Shown here piece after piece: positions 58,845 through 64,000 of a DNA stretch of 64,000 bases. This stretch comes from an uncultured Candidatus Saccharibacteria bacterium. Its GTDB lineage: Bacteria; Patescibacteriota; Minisyncoccia; Ryanbacterales; 2-02-FULL-48-12. Location: assembly GCA_964479945.1 (NCBI GenBank), contig CAYZNS010000002.1, positions 13,172 through 77,171 on the forward strand, written 5' to 3'. How positions within the stretch are numbered: position 1 is the first letter of the stretch; every line of letters starts with the position of its first letter. The position numbers and the translations under genes are program-made. The notes beneath the pieces are model-generated. The model worked only from the letters and a program-made list of their open reading frames with translations. It did not search any database and was not told the DNA's origin.

Positions 58845-58912
58845 CCTGCCAGTATATCATAAGACCTGCTTTCAACAGGAAGCTGTCAAACACTAAGTGT
58901 TTGACAGATAAG

Positions 58913-59122
58913 TTATTTGCCACGGCAAGCGGAACATCGGCAGCCGTGCGGTTTTGCGCTTGAAATAAGATCGCCCACGTACTCAATAATAAAATCCCCT
59001 CGTCTAAAAGAGATTTTCGCAAACAACCCCAGGCCGGCAAATGATCGGCGTACCGAAAAAAATTCAGGCTTGGTTACGTATTCCACGCGGAGTTTTATAG
59101 CATGGACACGCTGAAATATCAA
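58913..59122 (-). pseudogene. SET-domain gene with deleted catalytic core
   Basis: AGLGLFA....RGDFIIEYVG joined directly to post-SET-like KPHGCRCSAC; no NHSC or YDY motifs. Confidence 0.65.
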
Positions 59123-59162
59123 ATACCGCTCGGGAGACTTGGGTGTCCGGTTCCCAAGTCAA

Positions 59163-60857
59163 TCACTTGGGGAACCCGACACCCAAGTTTATCCTCTTCA
59201 TAAATTCAACCACGCGATCGTCCACGAAGAGATGCCGTTTTTCCAGCGGTGTTTTCAAGGTCAACCCTTCCAGCGACGTACAGCGGCTCAATGCCACGTA
59301 TGCCTGGCCCGGCGCGAAGGTGCCTTCGCCGAAATCAACCACTACGTTATCAAACGTTTTCCCTTGCGCTTTGTGGATCGTAACCGCCCACGCCAAGCGC
59401 AACGGATACTGCGTGAACAATCCCACCGGTTCCGATTCTAAACGCTTCGTCTCCGCGCTGTAAAAAAAGCGGTTCTTCTCCCATTGATAGGGCGCCACTG
59501 TCACGCGCTTTCCGTCCGCAAATGCAACGCGGATACGAGGACTCCCTTCTTCTTTTATAAAATCGGAAACCGTGCCAATATCGCCGTTCACCCATCGCTT
59601 TGCTGGATCATTCACTAAAAACATGACCTGCGCGCCCGGCTTCAACGCCAACGTTTTTGCGGTAGGAAAATCATTTTCCGCCAATGATCCTTCCACCGTA
59701 CCCTCGAAAGAAGTTACCCTGCCGGGTAATGCGGTAAGTTGTTGATGATTAATCTCATCTGCCATAAATGTGCGCGTGGTGAGGTAAATGGCAAGGCGCT
59801 GCCCGTCGGCCTTTTGATACGCATGTTGCCGCGCGTTTATAGCGGCAAGTTCCCGCTCTGTCGCCGAAGACGTACGGATGGCATTCAATAATTTTATGAA
59901 TGAATCATCCCGCTGGCGGTAGACCGTGGTAAGCTCTATGCACCGCACAGGCGTCTTCGCAAACGCATGCGCGTTGAAAAAATACGGGCCTTCATACTGA
60001 TGCCGGAATAAGTCTTCTTCCCCGCTCGGCACAATAGGCGGCAGTTGGAATAAATCGCCCACAAATATCATCTTCACCCCGCCGAACGGTTTATGCGACG
60101 TGCGCCCGTTTTTGCGCAGAAACGCATCAACGGCATCCAGCAAATCCGCCCGCACCATGGACACTTCGTCAATCACAATGGCATCCAACGCCTCGTATGT
60201 CGGCCGCCTGGCGCGGGCCACATACCGCACGCTCTCGGGCGTGATGCCGACCGGAAACCGAAAAAACGAATGGATGGTCTGCCCGCCTATGAGAAGTGCG
60301 GCCACGCCCGTGGGCGCTAATACGGCAACATTTTTCTTGGTTGTTCTTAGAAAATATTTCAGCAGGGTGGACTTGCCGGTGCCGGCGTTGCCAGTCAGAA
60401 ACACGTGTTCCTCGCCGTCTTCCAGAAACGCTAACGCATCCGTAAACTGCCGGTTCATTTCCAGAGGTTCCGTATCCGTTTGCGGACCGGATCTCCTGCG
60501 CTCAAAACCACACGCAGCAGCTTTCGGAAATTGCGCGGCGGCGGGAAGGAGTCCCAAATGCCGTAACCGCGAACGGATGGCGCTCTGTTTGCGGCTAAGC
60601 CGCTCTTCCCAAACGCGCAGAAAATAGATCAGCGTCATGCGTGATTGCTTGCGTGCCTCCAAGAATTTAGCGTATGATTCCTTGAGCGCGTTGTCCTCTG
60701 AGAGTGTCCACGCCGCGTATGCTTTTATCCCGTTAGAAATAATACCACGCTGCTCTGCAGCATGGGTTATTGCTTCGGGCAATCCATATGAGCTATCTCG
60801 ATCCTTGCCTGAATTTCTAACGGGATTTATATGTTCTTGATTATGGTCATCCATCAT
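59163..60857 (-). CDS. PIF1/RecD-like SF1B helicase
   Basis: GNAGTGKS, APTGVAA, DEVSM, GDLFQLPP, YRQ, TIHKAQG, YVALSR. Confidence 0.92.
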   Translation of the reverse strand: MMDDHNQEHINPVRNSGKDRDSSYGLPEAITHAAEQRGIISNGIKAYAAWTLSEDNALKESYAKFLEARKQSRMTLIYFLRVWEERLSRKQSAIRSRLRHLGLLPAAAQFPKAAACGFERRRSGPQTDTEPLEMNRQFTDALAFLEDGEEHVFLTGNAGTGKSTLLKYFLRTTKKNVAVLAPTGVAALLIGGQTIHSFFRFPVGITPESVRYVARARRPTYEALDAIVIDEVSMVRADLLDAVDAFLRKNGRTSHKPFGGVKMIFVGDLFQLPPIVPSGEEDLFRHQYEGPYFFNAHAFAKTPVRCIELTTVYRQRDDSFIKLLNAIRTSSATERELAAINARQHAYQKADGQRLAIYLTTRTFMADEINHQQLTALPGRVTSFEGTVEGSLAENDFPTAKTLALKPGAQVMFLVNDPAKRWVNGDIGTVSDFIKEEGSPRIRVAFADGKRVTVAPYQWEKNRFFYSAETKRLESEPVGLFTQYPLRLAWAVTIHKAQGKTFDNVVVDFGEGTFAPGQAYVALSRCTSLEGLTLKTPLEKRHLFVDDRVVEFMKRINLGVGFPK

Positions 60858-61395
60858 GAACCTGTATGTTACATATTATCATTCTGCCGCACAGCCGGAA
60901 AACCAATCGCGGGCGGGCATATATTTGGCATTTGCATCGTTCCTGTGCCTTCTTGTCCTTATACCCATTATAAGCGGTATACTAGAAAGCCAACGCGCCG
61001 CAAAACGCACCCAGACCATGCGGCATATAGCTCTCGTCTCAGCGATTGCGCATGCTGTTGACAGCAACGCGCCCTTGCGCGTGCCGGAAATTCAGGCATA
61101 CGACTTGACGGCGAACTCCTACCCCGCGCTGCCGCCTATTTTCAAAGCAATAGCGCTTTGCGAATCCGGCGGAAAGCAATTCCATGCCAATGGGGCGGTA
61201 ATCACTGGCATCAAAAACCGCAATGACATTGGTAAATACCAAATTAATCTTACCATATGGGGCAACACGGCCCGCGCGCTCGGGTATAATATATATACCG
61301 AGGAAGGAAACGAGGCCATGGCGCAGGAACTGTTCCGGCGCCATGGCTTGCAACCGTGGTATATAAGCAAGCATTGCTGGAGCAAAAATTTATAA
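60856..61395 (+). CDS. Membrane-anchored lysozyme/SLT-like protein
   Basis: IALCESG, DIGKYQIN, EGN, PW..SK.CW. Confidence 0.75.
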   Translation: MNLYVTYYHSAAQPENQSRAGIYLAFASFLCLLVLIPIISGILESQRAAKRTQTMRHIALVSAIAHAVDSNAPLRVPEIQAYDLTANSYPALPPIFKAIALCESGGKQFHANGAVITGIKNRNDIGKYQINLTIWGNTARALGYNIYTEEGNEAMAQELFRRHGLQPWYISKHCWSKNL

Positions 61396-62085
61396 CTCCC
61401 ATTTCTTGGCCACAAGCCCTTTTTCAGCGGCATCCTGCTGTGCCGCTTGTTTTGAGGAGCCCTCGCCCTCGGCAACCAGCTCTGCGCCTATATATACGCC
61501 TACCACGAAGCTCTTTGCATGATCCGGCCCCCACTCCTTATGTACCTGATATGTCGGCGTGACGCCGGTAATTTCCTGCGCTTTTTCCTGAAAATAACTC
61601 TTGGCGTCACGGTAGAGTTTTTGATCCAATACTTCATGCAAGCGCGAAAGCAACACGCGCCCTATAAACTCTGAAGCCGCGTCATACCCTTGGTCCAGAT
61701 ACAAAGCGCCCACAATTGCCTCAAACGTATTTGCCATAATGTACATTCTTGCCTTTCCGACGTCTTTTGCCTCCCCGCGCGAGAGCATAAGATAATCGTT
61801 GAAATTGAGATCAGACGCAACCTCCGCCAACATATTTGAGTTTACCAATGCCGCCCGATAACTTGTAAGCTCCCCCTCCGGGTTTTCATAGGTGAGGTAC
61901 AAATAGTGCGTTACCACCAACTCTAAAACAGCGTCTCCGAGAAACTCGAGACGCTCGTTATGCGGCAGATGCCATGAAGGATTTTCGTTCAGATACGAAC
62001 GGTGCGTAAGGGCAGTTTGTAAAAGTTCCTTGTTCTCAAAAATAACACTCAGCTTTGTTTCCAACTCGGAAAGCTGTTTTGTCAT
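61390..62085 (-). CDS. rnc: Ribonuclease III
   Basis: ALTHRSY, NERLEFLGDAVL, dsRBD. Confidence 0.96.
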   Translation of the reverse strand: MTKQLSELETKLSVIFENKELLQTALTHRSYLNENPSWHLPHNERLEFLGDAVLELVVTHYLYLTYENPEGELTSYRAALVNSNMLAEVASDLNFNDYLMLSRGEAKDVGKARMYIMANTFEAIVGALYLDQGYDAASEFIGRVLLSRLHEVLDQKLYRDAKSYFQEKAQEITGVTPTYQVHKEWGPDHAKSFVVGVYIGAELVAEGEGSSKQAAQQDAAEKGLVAKKWEL

Positions 62086-62092
62086 AAATCAA

Positions 62093-62198
62093 TTCAAAAC
62101 TCAAAAATCAAAACTCAAAATTACAACGTAAAAATCAAAACTAAAAAGTTTGAAGTTTTGAGTTGTAGTTTTGCGTTTTGCGTTTTGACTTTTGCGTT
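62093..62198. repeat. Inverted heptamer arrays
   Basis: (TCAAAAC/TCAAAAA)n arm faces a (GTTTTGC)n arm. Confidence 0.8.
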
Positions 62199-63104
62199 TT
62201 ACTTTATAATCTGTATCGCCTTCTTAAAAAACCCTTTCACGTCATCATACATTTTTAACTCGTCCAATTCTCGCTCCTGAAACCACTGCACATCGTCCAG
62301 TCCGCCCTTGGCGCCAAGCCGCAAATCCGTATCCGTCGTTTTTACCAAAAAATACACGACGCGGCGCCGGATGTTGCCTTTGTCGGGATCATGCGCGACA
62401 TATTCATTCTCGCCGAGCCGATCTTCAACGCTCGTATTTGTAAGGCCTGTCTCTTCAGCGACTTTGCGCAGTATGGCGTCCTCCAACTTCTCACCTTCCG
62501 CCGGGCTTCCTTTCGCGAGCGTCCAATACCCGAATACGTCGTGCACCAACGCAAAAGACATCCGATCGCTCCCTTTCCGAAATACTACCGCTCCCACCTT
62601 GTCTTCCACCGGAAGAGACGCAAGTTCATCAGGCGTCAAGTCCTTTTTTGCCTTGTCTTCCTTCCCGGGCTCGCCGAGTTCACGATACACTGTTCCCAAC
62701 ACGCCGTTTACAAACTTGCCGGAATTCATACCGCCAAATGTCTTGGCAAGCTCAATTGCTTCGTTTATCGCCACTTTGGGCGGCACTTCCTTATGTATGC
62801 CAAATAAGAGTTCGTATAAGCCAATGCGCAACACGTTGCGGTCTATAACGGCAACTTGACGGATAGGCCATTCGGGTGCGGCTTTCTCAATAACGGCGTT
62901 CAAATCCTCTTTGTGCTCCAAAACGCCCTTCACCAATATGCGTGCAAATTGCGTATCTTCCAAGCCGGGACCAAATTCCTCGATATTGCGCTCCAGCATT
63001 GCTTCAATCATCTCATCGGAAACCGCAAACCCAAGAGAGATTTTAAAATCCCACTCGTAGAGGGTTTGCATTGCGATGGAACGTGCAAGATGTCGAGAAG
63101 CCAT
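62199..63104 (-). CDS. nusB: NusB fused to a C-terminal NUDIX-like domain
   Basis: RHLAR..AMQTLY, DRNVLR, VAINEAIELAK, FVNGVLG; then WTLAKG...GE......RKVAEETG. Confidence 0.9.
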   Translation of the reverse strand: MASRHLARSIAMQTLYEWDFKISLGFAVSDEMIEAMLERNIEEFGPGLEDTQFARILVKGVLEHKEDLNAVIEKAAPEWPIRQVAVIDRNVLRIGLYELLFGIHKEVPPKVAINEAIELAKTFGGMNSGKFVNGVLGTVYRELGEPGKEDKAKKDLTPDELASLPVEDKVGAVVFRKGSDRMSFALVHDVFGYWTLAKGSPAEGEKLEDAILRKVAEETGLTNTSVEDRLGENEYVAHDPDKGNIRRRVVYFLVKTTDTDLRLGAKGGLDDVQWFQERELDELKMYDDVKGFFKKAIQIIK

Positions 63105-63180
63105 ATAATAATTTCAAATTGCAAATTTCAAATTGACTATGAATTACTTTCTTGCTTACTCTCTAAATATACTCCATTCA

Positions 63181-63462
63181 TTACTTTCGGGAAAGTTCTT
63201 CCGGGGAGAGCTGTCCTGTCGGCTGATCGCTGGACTCTTGAGCTTCAAGCTCTTTTTCTTTCTGTTTACGCTCCTTTTTTGTTAATTTCGCCAGCACATC
63301 AATCATCTGCCGCCCGCGGTACGTGCCGCAGTTTGCGCACACCGTATGAGGCATAACGACTGCCCTGCACTTTATGCATGCGGTAACGCCAACATGCGTC
63401 AGTTTCAAATGCTGGCGCCGGTTATTGCGATGACCCTTGGTATGCCGCATGCGGATAGACAT
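63181..63462 (-). CDS. rpmF: 50S ribosomal protein L32 with C-terminal extension
   Basis: RHTKG...RR, C..C....PH.VC.NCG.YRGR. Confidence 0.92.
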   Translation of the reverse strand: MSIRMRHTKGHRNNRRQHLKLTHVGVTACIKCRAVVMPHTVCANCGTYRGRQMIDVLAKLTKKERKQKEKELEAQESSDQPTGQLSPEELSRK

Positions 63463-63526
63463 AATTCCACTATATACCGGCAACGGGAAAATTGCAACTT
63501 GAAGACGAATAGTAAGTTTCTGTGAG

Positions 63527-63657
63527 TTACGAAACTCAAAAAAACGCTGTCATTGCGAGGGCTGAAAGCCCGTGGCAATCCCATGGTTTGCTGTATTTTT
63601 CGGGATTGCTTCGCTTCGCTCGCAATGACAAGAGCACGTTTCGTAATTCAAAGTAAG
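63527..63657. repeat. REP-like element copy 3 with outer arms
   Basis: Same architecture as 28478-28608. Confidence 0.85.
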
Positions 63658-63660
63658 TTT

Positions 63661-64000
63661 TTATTCATGCAACCCAACCCGGATTATTTCGCGGGCTATT
63701 TTTTCAGCGGCATCCACGCGGCTGAACCGCTGGGCAGCCGCTATCATCTGGCTTCGGCGCTTCTCGTCCGTGAGCAATTTTGTAATCTGATTCAAGAACA
63801 CCGTCGGCGTAAGATTCGGCTGTTCCATAACTTCACACGCCCCGGCGCGCGCATAAATATAGGCATTGTGCCGTTGGTGGTCTTCCGCGGCATGCGGCAG
63901 CGGGATAATTATGCTCGGAATGCCCCACGCCGCTATCTCAAAAAGCGTGTTTGCCCCCGCGCGCGATATTACAAGTTTCGCGAGGCGGGCGGCATTGCGC
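63661..64000 (-). CDS. murG: MurG glycosyltransferase, C-terminal part
   Basis: Manual translation: VISRAGANTLFEIAAWGIPSIIIPL...DHQRHNA...DAAEKIA. Confidence 0.9.
   Translation of the reverse strand, partial: RNAARLAKLVISRAGANTLFEIAAWGIPSIIIPLPHAAEDHQRHNAYIYARAGACEVMEQPNLTPTVFLNQITKLLTDEKRRSQMIAAAQRFSRVDAAEKIAREIIRVGLHE

Overview
Chromosomal window of a probable Patescibacteria (CPR, Parcubacteria-like) bacterium, inferred from gene content and near-leaderless genes. The left third is accessory. 1-~14.3 kb is a prophage-like element (terL, terS, replication initiator, MerR-type HTH) carrying a six-gene surface-assembly locus: two proteins sharing a WxL/pilin-like C-terminal domain, a membrane-anchored WxLIP-like partner, a dockerin protein and two membrane-anchored cohesins. 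The leader of its putative major subunit has an (AG)n-controlled uORF running across a terminator. The element appears to interrupt the 5' end of an mnmA-like gene. 14.4-21.6 kb is an integrase-less type I RM/RhuM cassette bounded by a perfect 20-bp direct repeat at the rnhB stop codon; its M-S fusion is frameshifted in an (AG)5 tract and hsdR is internally deleted. The backbone has secG, an OppA-like binding protein, rnj, trpS, intein-containing dnaB, recR, rplU, argS, a copper-homeostasis cluster, a 2285-aa surface protein, a PIF1-like helicase, rnc, nusB-NUDIX, rpmF and partial murG. The most unusual non-coding signals are a tRNA-Leu(CAG) nested inside a second, split tRNA-Leu; a tRNA-Ala-like RNA whose own leader is antisense to its anticodon arm; a C-rich multi-hairpin RNA with promoter and terminator; a twice-occurring covarying RNA motif; and several palindromic mini-element families that insert in-frame into proteins. 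All calls come from reading motifs by eye; no database searches were run.
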